Positions 1 through 12,511 of a stretch of 64,000 nucleotides of DNA are shown here, piece after piece. The number at the start of each line of letters is the position of its first letter. Positions within the stretch are counted from its first letter, which is position 1. A program made the position numbers and the translations under genes. The notes beneath the pieces are model-generated. The model had not been told where the DNA came from and did no database searches. It was given only the letters and a program-made list of their open reading frames with translations. This stretch comes from Fonticula alba ATCC 38817 (taxonomy: Eukaryota; Protista; Nucleariida), in the NCBI GenBank assembly GCA_000388065.2, contig KB932201.1; one strand, written 5' to 3'.

Positions 1-312
1 AGAGAGAGAGAGAGAGAGAGGGAGACAGACGGCCACGAGCCCGCTACCCGATGCACGGAATATTGAGAATACGAGCACGAGGAAAAAGACACAACCGAGA
101 ACATACAAGGACACACTCAGGATGGCTGGCATCGGTAAGTCCACACGTCCGTACACAGGTCGGAGCCCCGACGCCGGGGGCGCGGAGGGGGGGAGGGGGA
201 TACACGCCGCGCAAACCGAGCAGCCTTTGGAAAAAGCGCGAAGATGGGAAACCGCGTGGAGGTGTATTTATTGCACGTGACCATCCACGCCTCGGGCCTG
301 CCTGCGGCGTGA

Positions 313-3300
313 TCATAGTCGCGGGGGGGTGCCCCTCCCATTCACCAGCAGGAAGGAGGAGGAGGACGATCGGGACAGCGGGGCAGGGCCGCCGGCGCCG
401 CCCCCGCCTGGAGAGGGAGTCGGTGTGGGGGCATTTTCCCGGGAATCGAGAGCCGATCGTTGGACCGGCTGAGGGGCCGTGGCCAGGCGCTGTGGTGTTT
501 GCCCGAGAGCCGGGCCGCCGTTGCCGCCGCCACCGCTGCCAAGGGAGAAGGCACTGCCGACACTGCCGCCGCCGAAGGCTGGCGAGACGGACGCCTCGGC
601 CGCCACCATGCTAGGGACGATGCCGCGCGGCTGAGCCGCAAAATGCAACCCCGGCTCGCCGCTCTCGAAGACCACCGGGTCATCATCGCCACACGGGGCC
701 AGGAAGGGCAGCTCGGAGATGAGGGTCCGCGCGCGAGGGGACCGAAGCAGCGGCGAAAGCGGACGCTTGGTCAGCCAGTCAACCACGGCTCGGAGATACT
801 GCTGGAGCTGCTCGCGGCGGGACTGGTGTTGGCGGAGTCACATTTGCCGAGCCAGGCAGGAGGTGAGAACTTCCAGGCCCAGAGACACAGGATGATCGAA
901 AGGCAAGATGGTGCGCGCACCTCGACGACGCTCAGGCTGGTGGAGCCGAAGTAGTACCTCTTGGGGAAGAGCGCGGCAATGGTGTCCGGCAGGCAGGACA
1001 CCTTGCGCAAGTGGCGATCCAGCTCGTAGAACTGCTTGAACCGGCGCTCAATGCGCCAGCAGGCATCGCAGGTGATGATGATGATGGTAAAAACATGGTG
1101 AGACCCACTGGCCCCAGGCAGGGGGACTGCGCTGGACGAGGTATCCTTCACCAGCCGATAGCGCGGGATGCTGATCTCGATATCGGGATACTCGGAGGCG
1201 GGGGCGCCAGAGGGCGCCGGCTGGCCCGCCACGGGATTTGAATCAGCGACGGAGCCCGGCTGCTGTTCCGCGGCAATCGATGGCCCGACTGCCGGGGGCG
1301 GCTCAGCACCAGAGACCAAGGTCGCCGCCGGTGGATCACCTAACCCGCCAGCTGCCACAGAATGGGAGGCCTGACGCAGGGCGGCAGACAACTGTGAATC
1401 GGCCACGGGACCCGAGCTCGGCGGCACAGCTGTCACGGACTCCGGGATTTGGGGATCGGCACCGGGCTCGGCCGCCATGCGAGGCGATGGCTGGACCGGG
1501 GAAGCGCCGTCGTCGGTGCTCGATGTGAAAGAGCCCTCGTGGAGTCCGGGAGAGTCGGCCGAGGCGCCGGACAGCCTTCGGAAGCCGGGCTCCCCAGGTT
1601 GGGCCGGAGGATAGGGCGAAGGACCCTCACCAGCCCTGTGGCAGAGGCATGTTATCAAGGGGAGCAAGGAGAGGGAGAGAAAGGGAGAGGGAGAGAAAGG
1701 GAGAGGGAGAGAGGGAGAGAAAGGAGGCGAAGAAGATAGAGGGAGATAGGGACGTGGGACGAGAGACCGGTGAGTTGACAGCCAGGCAATTTGAGATACC
1801 CGACGGAAAAGGTAACGTGGAGCACATACCGATGAAGGCGAAGGGCCTCAGCCTCCTGCGGGTGTTGGAATCGAAAGGTGACATGGCAGCCAAGATCAAT
1901 GCGCTGACCATGGCGCAAGCGGTATGGCCCGGTCGCTGGCAATGGAACCCCCTCCACCTGGACCAGGGACTCGGCCGGCAGGCTGGAGGGCGCGCACGCC
2001 GGGGCCAGCCACACCCCCTCGGGACCGCCATCAAAGAGGATGGCATGTGCCGGCCGAACATCCCCCGATGAAAGGGTCAGGTGGACGCGCGCCTCGGGTC
2101 CCTGGGGCTCGGCATCGGGCGATGCCCCCTCGACAGAGACAAGGGTGTCGGCCGGGACAACCGGGCAGGGAGTTGCCGGGTCACTGGTGGCCCGGTGCGC
2201 CGCCGTGACATGCTCCGGTAGCCCAAGCAAAAGATCCGCCTCAGAGATGCCGACCATGCCGCGAGCCGAGCCGATGACCGTCAGCCCGGGCCGAATCATG
2301 AAGAGCACCAAGCCGTCGGCCACTTGGGGCTCGTCGCTCAAATTCAGCAAATGCGGCTGGTGCAGGGTTGTATCCAGCCGCAGGGCCGAGCCATCACTCT
2401 TGAGGTTTAGCAGGCCGGCCTCCTTGCGCTTGGAGGCGGCCAGACGCTCCTCCCAGGTCATTGCCATCTCGGCCATGAGCCTCTCACTGCACGCAGGTGG
2501 AGACCCATGTGCGCCGTGTGCCGGGAAAGACGCCGGTCAGGATGGGAGAGGCCCCAAAAGGAGAAGAAAATGGGGCCAGAGAAAATTGAGCCTCCCCCTG
2601 TCGTCCACCCCCCCCCCCCCCTGGTCCTTGTGGATGACGGACGCACTTTTCCAGGAGGCGCTCGCGCAGGGAGGCAATCTGCGCGGCGTCTTCCGATGCC
2701 GAGGAGGGCGGCAGTCCGCCCTGGGCCAATTTCAACTGGCGAATTTCCTCACGCAACTCGCGGATGATCCGGGCATTGGCGTCCTCATTGACGACGGCCT
2801 GGTTGACAATGTGCTTGGCACTGTCGGCGTAGCGGAGCGTGCTCATGGTTTCCTCGTAGCTGTCGGCGGCCGGGGAGATGGCCGCAATCATGATGGTCTT
2901 GGAATTGCCGCCAAGGCTGTCCCGGATCAGGTATGTCAGGACCGAGTCACGGTAGGGGATGAAAATACTGGCCGGGTTGCCGCCGGCGCTGCGCCGGGCT
3001 TCCCGATCCACCAGCGCCTTGATCACCAGGCCCAATGTTGACAGGGACTTGTTGATGGAGGCGCCTTCCTGTCGAGNNNNNNNNNNNNNNNNNNNNNNNN
3101 NNNNNNNNNNNNNNNNNNNNNNNNNNNNNNNNNNNNNNNNNNNNNNNNNNNNNNNNNNNNNNNNNNNNNNNNNNNNNNNNNNNNNNNNNNNNNNNNNNNN
3201 NNNNNNNNNNNNNNNNNNNNNNNNNNNNNNNNNNNNNNNNNNNNNNNNNNNNNNNNNNNNNNNNNNNNNNNNNNNNNNNNNNNNNNNNNNNNNNNNNNNN

Positions 3301-4186
3301 NTCGGCTGGCCCGCTCGCTGCCAGCCAAATCCACCAAGGAGATCTTACTGGTGCGCTCGGTCGACAGGCCGGACACGGCGCACTGACGAAGCTGGGTGAA
3401 CTCCACCGAGAAGATGGCATGCGACCGACTGCTCGTGGCATTCATCAGCGTCGAGGCCACGGTGCGTGTCTTGTTGCCCATCTCCATGATCCGGTAGAAC
3501 TCCTCGGGAGAGGAGACCACAAACCTGAGCAACACATGGGAGAAGGGCGAGGGAGGGGGGGGGGCGAGAGAGAGAGAGAGAGAGAGAGCGAAGCATCAGC
3601 ATATGCGCCTGAAGCGTGTCCAGATGATCGCGCGTGGAGCAGGGCCGGAGGCGGAGGAAAACGCACTTGGTAAGTCCCTGGACATACGGCCCGAGGCTCG
3701 GGTGCTCGCGGACTTTCAGCTTCAGGAATACCATCGAGGATACCAGCCACCGGCAGGTGACCGGGGGTGGAGACAGGGTGAGCACATGGACGAGGGAGGA
3801 GGAGGCGAGGGGCGAGAATGGCGGGAGGGAGTGAAGGGCTCCGGAGATCGACAGACGCGCACATTATGCCCGGCCTGGGTGGGGTTCAAGAGATCCTTCA
3901 CGTTTTCGTTGTAGATCTCAATGTAGCTGACCTCGATCTTGTAGTTGACCGTCTCGGTGGAGGCCGGATCGACAGCTGGCAGGAAGGGCAGAGAGCTGGT
4001 GCCGGACATGATGGCGAACAGGGCTTCGCAGATGCGTGGCACGATGCCGGGCTCGCTGTCGGTGCCCATCATGCTGTAACTCTTGCCGGAGCCCGTTTGA
4101 CCATAGGCAAAGATGCAGGCATTGTAACCTTCCATAGCTGTACAAGGACACATGGAGGCATATGGGCGTGTGCGTGCGTGTGCATA

Positions 4187-4218
<32 letters not shown>

Positions 4219-4645
4219 TGGGGGGGAGGGGGAGGGGGAGTGCGTCACATTTAACCGGGAGAATGGAAGGCGAACTGCACATCGGGACAGGAGTGAGCGC
4301 ACCATTTCGCAAAACTTCATGGCCGAGATCCTCGAAAAGTTTCTCCTGTCCGGCGAATTCGCCGCCATTGCTGGCGTCCGTCCCGCTGGGGCCACTCCAA
4401 TAGGCATGGTCGAAGGTGAATTTGCGCTCCGGGGCACCACCGCCCTTGCCGGGGGGATTTCGGATGGCGATCTGCTGGCCACTGACCGAGATCACTGGCT
4501 CGGCATGGGCCTGGCGTTCTCTGTGTGACGGAAGGTGAGTGCGTGTGAGTGTGCATCTGGGCGTACGATGAAATAGGGCAGGGAGGGAAGAGACGGACCG
4601 TTCGTTGAACGGCCGGCACCGGACGGCAACCCGGATGGAGGACAT
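313..4645 (-). CDS. Kinesin-3 family motor with FHA and C-terminal PX domain (KIF16B/SNX23-like architecture), multi-exon
   Basis: Spliced reading [16 protein letters not shown]..., P-loop GQTGSGKS, switch I SSRSHA, switch [20 protein letters not shown], neck [21 protein letters not shown] segment LTVIGS...[23 protein letters not shown] segment [34 protein letters not shown]|[18 protein letters not shown] introns restore frame (e.g. 4598-4521). One N-gap lies inside the gene. Confidence 0.92.
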
Positions 4646-5565
4646 CGGAAGTGGCCGGCCGGCCGTGCGCCAAGGGGGCGAGGGAGAAAAGTCGGAGGGA
4701 GAGGGAAGAAGGGAGGCGAGGAGGGGTGTGGGAGGAAAGACACAAAGAGAGCGTGCGCGAGCGACAGGGAGGAAGTGAGGGAAGGAGGGGACGGGGCGGG
4801 CTACCAGGCGCCCAGGTTGGGCGTCATACGACTGATCCCCGAAAAAGGCACCGTCCCCCCGGGGAGAGGAGGGCGCGAAAGGGGACCACAAGGAGCGAGA
4901 GGGATCGCTTGCGGGAAGAACACCACGGAAGGTGCGAAGCCGGTGCGCCTTTCTCCCCCCCGCCCGCCCGCCCGCCCGCCCGCCCCCCCCCCCCTGGGCC
5001 TCAGGATTCCAGTTCGATTGCCCCTGCGTGCCCTTCCTGTCTGTTCCGAGTTTCTGTCCCCCTGTCCCGTGGTCTCCTGCGCTCTTTCTCCTTGGTTCCC
5101 GTCTCGGGTGGATTTCTTTCCCGGGCCCCACCGTCCCCCGTTCCTGGTCCCCGCACGATCCTCCNNNNNNNNNNNNNNNNNNNNNNNNNNNNNNNNNNNN
5201 NNNNNNNNNNNNNNNNNNNNNNNNNNNNNNNNNNNNNNNNNNNNNNNNNNNNNNNNNNNNNNNNNNNNNNNNNNNNNNNNNNNNNNNNNNNNNNNNNNNN
5301 NNNNNNNNNNNNNNNNNNNNNNNNNNNNNNNNNNNNNNNNNNNNNNNNNNNNNNNNNNNNNNNNNNNNNNNNNNNNNNNNNNNNNNNNNNNNNNNNNNNN
5401 NNNNNNNNNNNNNNNNNNNNNNNNNNNNNNNNNNNNNNNNNNNNNNNNNNNNNNNNNNNNNNNNNNNNNNNNNNNNNNNNNNNNNNNNNNNNNNNNNNNN
5501 NNNNNNNNNNNNNNNNNNNNNNNNNNNNNNNNNNNNNNNNNNNNNNNNNNNNNNNNNNNNNNNNN

Positions 5566-5707
5566 CCTTGTGCACGTGTGTCGTGCTCTGATGCGCAGTC
5601 GTCGACGCGTCCAGATCTGGACACCCCGGTTTAGATGAGGGAGAAAATATCGCCCAAATGGCGAGCCCGCATTGTTGCATCCATCGGCCCGCAGTGTGTA
5701 TGCCCTC
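5566..5707. repeat. Copy 1 of bipartite dispersed repeat (34-bp block + 37-nt spacer + 71-bp block)
   Basis: 5566-5599 is identical to 9404-9437, and 5637-5707 is identical to 9475-9545. Confidence 0.95.
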
Positions 5708-7600
5708 GTTGGGAGAGGGAGGGAAATGTCCGGCGGAAGCCCATTTTCGCCGACCCCCTGGGCAAGGGCAATATTTGTCTGGGCGTCAGTGAATATGTGC
5801 TCCAGGGGCCGAGGGGCGGATGATCGGGGGCGTGATCCACAAATGGCCTTCCCTTATCTGAATGCGTCCTCGGTCGGGGCCATGGTAAATCAACGGCATG
5901 TGCCAATGATTTGGCCGTCCATTGACACGCCCGTGCTTAGGTCCCGGCCGACCACCATGACTGCGGCGCTTGCGGCTGGCGGGCGGGGGCCGGACCGACG
6001 ACCGGCCGGGAGGCTGTATGTGGGGGCCCCTTCAAGCGACCGCCTGACCTCGGTGGCGGCGGCGGCGGTGGCGGCGGCGGTGGCGGCGGCGGTGGCGGCA
6101 GCGGTGGCGGCGGCGGAGGTCCGGGCCCTGGGCCGTTTCCCATGCCCTGTCGGCCGCGCGCCGGGGGCGCTCCAGGGGAGGAAGGCGGAGGGNNNNNNNN
6201 NNNNNNNNNNNNNNNNNNNNNNNNNNNNNNNNNNNNNNNNNNNNNNNNNNNNNNNNNNNNNNNNNNNNNNNNNNNNNNNNNNNNNNNNNNNNNNNNNNNN
6301 NNNNNNNNNNNNNNNNNNNNNNNNNNNNNNNNNNNNNNNNNNNNNNNNNNNNNNNNNNNNNNNNNNNNNNNNNNNNNNNNNNNNNNNNNNNNNNNNNNNN
6401 NNNNNNNNNNNNNGGGGGGGGGGGTGTCCTGTTCGGGGCGCGGGAGGGACGACGCCTTTCACACACCGGGACGTGGACGCCAGCATGCGTTAGCTCGTGC
6501 GGGTTTGTCCTAAATGGGCGTCCGCTTTGGCTTGTGATTTTCGCCAAAGCTCACCGCAGGGCTGCCCCCTTCTGTTGGGAGGTTGAGGGAGAGACGCAAA
6601 CACCGCGCGAGAGAGGGCCGGGAGATCGGGAGGCCGCGCTCGTGCTCCTTTGTTCCTGCACCGGGGGGCGGGGGGGGGGGGGATGTCTCGGCCCCTCGAC
6701 CCAGAGAAAATCATGGCCTCCCGCCCCTCCGCAGGCCCCTCTCCCGGGGTTCACACCGGAGGCAGGTGCGCGGCTGACCCTGGCGAAAATCGGCCGCCCT
6801 TCCCCGGCCTCGCCGTCCCTCCCTCCGCGGCCGCGCAAAAGCTCGATGGGGCGCCGCGGCGTGGTCGAGTCTCGCCAATACGCTTTCTCCGATTATAGAT
6901 GGGGGGCGCCGGGAGGTGCACGAGCAAGAGCGCGCCCGGAGGGCTGTCTTGTCACAGCACAGGAGGAGGGGGGAGCGAGGCGCACGAGTGATCCCGAGGC
7001 TGGCCTCACTTTCTGGAAGCATCACCTCCAGCTGGGCGCCGAATTTCCCCTGTTTCATTTGCGCGCGCCGGCGCGCGCAAAGTGCCTGTGCAGGGCTTGT
7101 CCGGTGGTTCTGGTATCTCCTTGGTGCAGGTCTGGAGACGCGCGCGCGCGCGCGTGTGTCGTGCTCGGGCCGGCCCTCGTGCACTAGTTTGTCCGGGTCG
7201 GCGGGTGGGCAGGCGGACGGGCGGATGGGCGGGCGGGTGGACGGGCACCCCCCTCCCCCCCCCCCCCGGCCTGGGGTGTAGGCGGTAGCCGCCCTGGTGG
7301 CTGGGAAAAAGGAAAAAAAGGCAAAAAACGAGGAGGCCGGGTGACCGGTATTGGCCAAGGGCCGGCGCCCGAGGTGGGCCAACCAGACCGGTGAGGCCGG
7401 GCCAGCCGTGCCAGGGGGCCCCTCCCCGGGGGAGGGGAAGTGGGCGTACGCGGGGAGTGGGGGTGAGTGGGCGCGTGTCACCGTCCCCCCTCCCCCTGTT
7501 CAGCCTGCCGGGGTCGGTGGGCGGATAAAAAGCCCCGGGGCACCTTGGCCGGAATGGCAGCCACCTCTCGCTTTGATTTGAACTTTCGGTTCGTCCCTCC

Positions 7601-7765
7601 CCTCCTTTCTTCCCTTCCTCCTTTCTTCCCTTCCTCCTTTCTTCCCTTCCTCCTTTCTTCCCTTCCTCCTTTCTTCCCTTCCTCCTTTCCTCCCTTCCTC
7701 CTTTCTCCCCTTCCTCCCTTCCTCCTTTCTCCCCTTCCTCCTTTCTTCCCTTCCTCCTTTCTTCC
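7601..7765 (+). repeat. 16-bp polypyrimidine minisatellite (CCTCCTTTCTTCCCTT) x ~10
   Basis: Five perfect units at 7601-7680 followed by variant units. Lies upstream of the phosphate-carrier ATG. Confidence 0.95.
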
Positions 7766-7979
7766 TCTCCCTCCCTTCCCCCCTTCCTCCCCTCAGCTGC
7801 CCCACCCCACCACTTCATCCGGCGTCTCCTTCTACCCACATCATGTCCTCTTGTTCCTCTCTTACCCCCTCGTCACTAATGTCCTCTCAACCCTCGCACG
7901 CGCTCCCCTCACCCCCCGGTATCACGACCCACCAAAAACAGATCTTTGTCGCAGACCGCCCCCCCCCCTCCAAACCACC

Positions 7980-8921
7980 ATGTCCGCCTCCGCCCCCGCC
8001 AAGTGGGATGCCCGCTTCAGCCACCCCATCCCCCACACCGGCACCTACTACGCCAAGTGCATGCTTGGTGGTGTTTTCGCCTGCGGTGGTACCCACTGGC
8101 TTGTCACCCCCCTCGATGTGACTAAGTGCAACATGCAGGTCAACCCCTCCAAGTACCGCGGCCTGATCAGCGGTCTGCGCACCATCGCCGCTGAGGAGGG
8201 TGCTCGCGGTCTCTTCAAGGGCCACATCCCCACCCTGGTTGGCTACTCCGCCCAGGGTGCCCTGAAGTTCGGTCTCTACGAGGCCTTCAAGGACATCTAC
8301 GCCAACGTCCTCGGCGAGGAGAACTCCGTCAAGTACAAGTCTCTTGTCTGGGCCTCCGCCTCCGCTTCCGCCGAGCTGTTCGCCGACATTGCCCTCTGCC
8401 CCATGGAGATGGTCAAGGTCAAGGTCCAGACCTCTCCCCCGGGTACCTTCCCCACCGGCACCATGGCCGCTCTGGCTGCCATGCGCGCCAACGCCGCCGA
8501 GACCCGCTTCCCCTTCGGCTCTCTGGTTCCCCTCTGGTCTCGCCAGATCCCGTACACCGTGGCCAAGTTCGTCTGCTTCGAGGCCGCCGTCCAGTTCTTC
8601 TACAAGAACGTCTTCACCAAGCCCAAGGACTCCTACTCCAAGTCCACCCAGCTCGGCATCACCTTCGCCTCCGGTTACACCGCCGGTGTCATCTGCGCCG
8701 TTGTCTCCCACCCGGCCGATTCCATCGTCTCCCTCATGTCCAAGGCCAGCAACAAGGGCAAGTCCGTCGGCACCATCGCCTCTGAGTTCGGTCTCTTCAA
8801 CCTCTTCACCAAGGGTCTCGGCACTCGTGTCCTGATGATCGGTACCCTGACCGGTCTCCAGTGGTGGGTGTACGACTCCTTCAAGACCGCCATGGGCATG
8901 GGTACCTCCGGTGGCAAGTAA
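7980..8921 (+). CDS. SLC25A3: Mitochondrial phosphate carrier (SLC25A3/Mir1 family), 313 aa, intronless CDS
   Basis: Carrier signatures TPLDVTKCNMQ, CPMEMVKVKVQT, SHPADSIVS; LWSRQIPYTVAKF and RVLMIGTLTGLQWWVYDSFK are typical of PiC. Strong C/T-ending codon bias. Confidence 0.97.
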   Translation: MSASAPAKWDARFSHPIPHTGTYYAKCMLGGVFACGGTHWLVTPLDVTKCNMQVNPSKYRGLISGLRTIAAEEGARGLFKGHIPTLVGYSAQGALKFGLYEAFKDIYANVLGEENSVKYKSLVWASASASAELFADIALCPMEMVKVKVQTSPPGTFPTGTMAALAAMRANAAETRFPFGSLVPLWSRQIPYTVAKFVCFEAAVQFFYKNVFTKPKDSYSKSTQLGITFASGYTAGVICAVVSHPADSIVSLMSKASNKGKSVGTIASEFGLFNLFTKGLGTRVLMIGTLTGLQWWVYDSFKTAMGMGTSGGK

Positions 8922-9403
8922 TTGCACACTCCTGGTGTTCCTCCCCTGCCCCCTGCCCCCCTCCCCCCTTTCTCCGGTCTTGTGGGGCAGGGAGCGGGCA
9001 GGTGCCCGAAAGGATCGGGAACGTGCGTATGCACGTGTATATGTGTGTGTGTGTGTGCGCGCGCAGCGCACGGCCCGAGGCGCGCGTGCACACGCCCGCC
9101 GCCAGCCTTCGGGTCACATACATACACACATGTGCATACGCACACTCGCCGGCTCGCTTCTCTCTACCCGCGCGCGCGTATCTCCCTTGCCTTCCTCTCT
9201 TTCCCCCTCCGTTATGGAGACCGCCGCGAGCGAAGGGGCGGGAGGGAGACCCGCACGGCGCGGGGCGAGCTGTGTGGATCGGCGGGGAGGAGGTGTGCCC
9301 ATTCCCCGGGTCGTGTCCCCTCCTTCTCTCTTCCTCTCTTTCACACTTCATCCAACAAATACATGGCGCTCTTGTCGGACATGGATCCTGTGCCTTTTTT
9401 CTT

Positions 9404-9545
9404 CCTTGTGCACGTGTGTCGTGCTCTGATGCGCAGTGGGCCCGACGATCGGCATCGAGGGCGGGAGAGGGAGGGAGGGAGAAAATATCGCCCAAATGGC
9501 GAGCCCGCATTGTTGCATCCATCGGCCCGCAGTGTGTATGCCCTC
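9404..9545. repeat. Copy 2 of bipartite dispersed repeat
   Basis: Identical blocks to 5566-5707 in direct orientation; spacer of the same length (37 nt) but different sequence. Confidence 0.95.
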
Positions 9546-9743
9546 CCCCCCCCCCCCCCAGCCTGTGTGTTGCGCATGTGTGTCTGTGTGCGTGGCTTTT
9601 TCCTTTGGGCACGAGAACCCAGGTGTGATTGGAGATGCGGGGAGCTGCAGGTGTATTTCTGCAAATGTGTGTGAAAGAGAAAAGGGCAGGGAGAGAGGGG
9701 GAGAGAGAGAGGGGGGGGGGCGGGCGGAAAAACACGAGACATC

Positions 9744-10591
9744 TCAAGAGGGCGGTGGTAGCTGCCCCTGCTGATGCTGCTGCTGGCGCTGCTGCTGCTG
9801 GCGCTGCTGCTGCTGGGCCTCGGCCACGGCGCCAGCCGCCGCGTCCGCCGCCTCGGCAGCCCGCTCATGGCGGATGACCACACGCTGCACCGCGGCAAAG
9901 AGGTCTGACGCCTCTCGCAGTTCGCAAAACTCAATGCAAAAGATCTGCAGTTCCGGCAGCAGGAGGTACGGCGCGATGGCCTCCTCCTCACCGGCGCCGG
10001 GAGCCGGCCCGGCCAGTGCCAAGCCCGGCGGCAGGGCACTGGGCTCAGTCGGACCGGCCCCCGGGGCCGCCACGCTCCCCGCCCCGGGACCTCCTGGGGA
10101 CTCGGCCACAAAGGGATCCGGCGCCAGAGGAAGCCACCCAGAACGGATGATCCGTGTGGCGAGCAGGCTCGTCATGCGGGCCAGCAAAATCCGATCCGAC
10201 GGGTCGATGAACAGGGCCGGATGCTGGGAATGCTGCGGGTGGGGGCGCTGAATGCCGCGGCCGTGCCTGCCACGACGGTCCTCCCCCTCCTCCGTCGGCT
10301 GCTCTTCTTCATGCTGGTAGTGCTGCCGGTGGTGCCGAAGGAAATGATCACTCGCCGACTCCTCCAGAGCGTCTCCCGATTGGCCAGCCAGCATGAGCGT
10401 CGCGTCATGGTGATTGTACCGGTCATCATCCAGCCCCCCGGGCGAGGAACGCCCAGAGGGCCGATGGCGGTGAAGGTGGTAGGGATGGCGCTGGCGGCCA
10501 CAGGGACGGCGACGGCGGAGATGATCAGGGGTGTCATCACCGACGTCGTGCTCCTCCTCGCTACCAGCCTCGTGAGCACTGTCGAGGCCCG

Positions 10592-10622
<31 letters not shown>

Positions 10623-10928
10623 ATGGTCATCAGTGTCCTCAAGGTCATCATCATCATCGTCGTCGTCGTCGTCGTCGTCGTCGTCATCATCATCGCCATC
10701 ATCGTCGTCGTCGTCATCATCGTCATCGTCGTCGATGCTACTGCCGCCAAGATGATCGCAGAGGTACCCGTCGCTGTCCGGCAACTGGAGGCTAGCCGGA
10801 TCATCAGCAGGCAGTGAGCAGATGGAGATGCTGATGCATCCAAACGCAAAGGGAGTATGGTCAGCCACCAGGGGGAAGGGGGGCGGGGGAGCAGAGAATG
10901 ATGAGAGGACCCCAGAGAAGACCGCCTC

Positions 10929-11008
<80 letters not shown>

Positions 11009-12461
11009 ATGTACGTACCAGAATGACACGAAGCGTGTGAAAAAGCTGGACAGAATGCTCACCACCTGAGGATGAATGTCGCTCGTGGAGAAGTGTGCCG
11101 TCTGCTCCATGATCCCGGCCAAGCTGAGAACCACGCCAAGGATTTGCACGCTGAAGTAATTCGGCCGGGTCAGGCCCGACAACAGCAGTCCATACAGATA
11201 GAGCATGGACGTTGTCTCAAACCTCCGGTAGGGGCTGCACAGCCGCCGGGCCGGTCGATCACGGACACCAAGTAAGTAACCCTGTATGAGGGGGGGGGGG
11301 GGGAGCGCCTCGACGCGCGTGGCGAAAGGGGAAAGCAACACGCACCGGCAGATCATGTCCGCCTGAAGGGTCAACTGGGCGAGGATCATCCCCAAGAGCG
11401 AGGGATTGTGCTCGGCAAATTGATGAAGGTAGAGTTTACGTCCGTCGGCCCCGGCTCCGGCTCCGATTCCGGGCCCGGTCCCAGCCCCGGAGGGGAGGCC
11501 GGGATCTGAGTCAGCTCGCGGCGGCCGGTAGATGTCCGTCAAAATGAGGCACAACTCAGTGCCAGAGCAATTGGATGACATTTGTAGGAGTTCCTGCAAA
11601 AATACCAGAAAGAGGCGGACCAAGCAATCGCAATGCGTAAGTGGCTGACCTCTTGCCTCCTTTCATTGAGGGCTCTCCTCTCGCCTCGCCCTCCCCCCCC
11701 CCTCTCCCTCTCCCAGGAAAAATAATGGGCGGGACACAGGCTGCGCACCAGTTGCCGATCGGTAGAAAGGGGCCCTTGGCAGCCGAGAATGATTTGCTCC
11801 AGCATTTTGGCCGATTTTTCTGTCAAGCCCACAGGCAGTGAGCGGCATGCCGGGTCAGTGAGCGCGCGGCGGGGGAGGCACCAAATAAAGCCAGGCATCC
11901 AGTGTCGTACCTCGATCGAAAGCATGGCGTTGAGCTCGCGGGGTCCCGTCATGGGAGAGGTCGTGACTGGACCCGGGGGAGGGGTGCCCGCCGAAGCCGC
12001 CGCTGGCTTGAATTCCGGCTTCGGAACTGGGCGGGCCTGGGGCTGGTTCGGAGGCCGGGATCCCGGGCGAGCTACCATGGCCCAGGCCATGCGACTGCTG
12101 TCCAAGACCAAAGGCCGAGAGTGCCAGCGAGGGGCTCTGGCTTGAGCACTCGAGGCCGCCCGCCGGTGGGTGCGCCGGATGCCCAGCAGAGTGCGATGAA
12201 TGCGACAAGAAGGGCTCTGAGGTGCTGGTGGCGGCGGCGGCGGCGGCGGCGGTGGCAGCGACAGCGGCAGCAGCGGGCCCGGCCGTACGACATGCTGGCA
12301 ATCAACGCACGATGGGTCAGGCAACATGAGCAAGGGGGCACGCGCGATTACAGGCCCGGGAGAAGCGCACCATGTACAGGGGGAGCCGGTACGGGCCAGG
12401 GGACATCGTCCTCATCATCTTCAAGATCATCGCTGTTATCACAACCGTCATCATCGTCATC

Positions 12462-12511
<50 letters not shown>

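Noticed and set aside
5743-6791. Recurrent (G)ATTTTCGCC(A) motif at about 5743, 6536 and 6781 (inverted)
   Set aside because: May be a promoter motif (E2F-like), but three short hits cannot be distinguished from chance without genome-wide counts.
7887-9071. 394-aa minus-strand ORF
   Set aside because: Antisense shadow of the codon-biased phosphate-carrier CDS; no motif of its own.
5566-9545. CRISPR-like or LTR interpretation of the repeat-spacer-repeat element
   Set aside because: Only two dispersed units 3.8 kb apart, eukaryotic context, no cas or reverse transcriptase/integrase genes, no TG...CA termini or target-site duplication seen.
10221-10817. Very hydrophobic Val/Ile-rich plus-strand ORF resembling a membrane protein (likewise 12372-12740)
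   Set aside because: Reverse complement of GAC/GAT poly-Asp codons in CNOT11.
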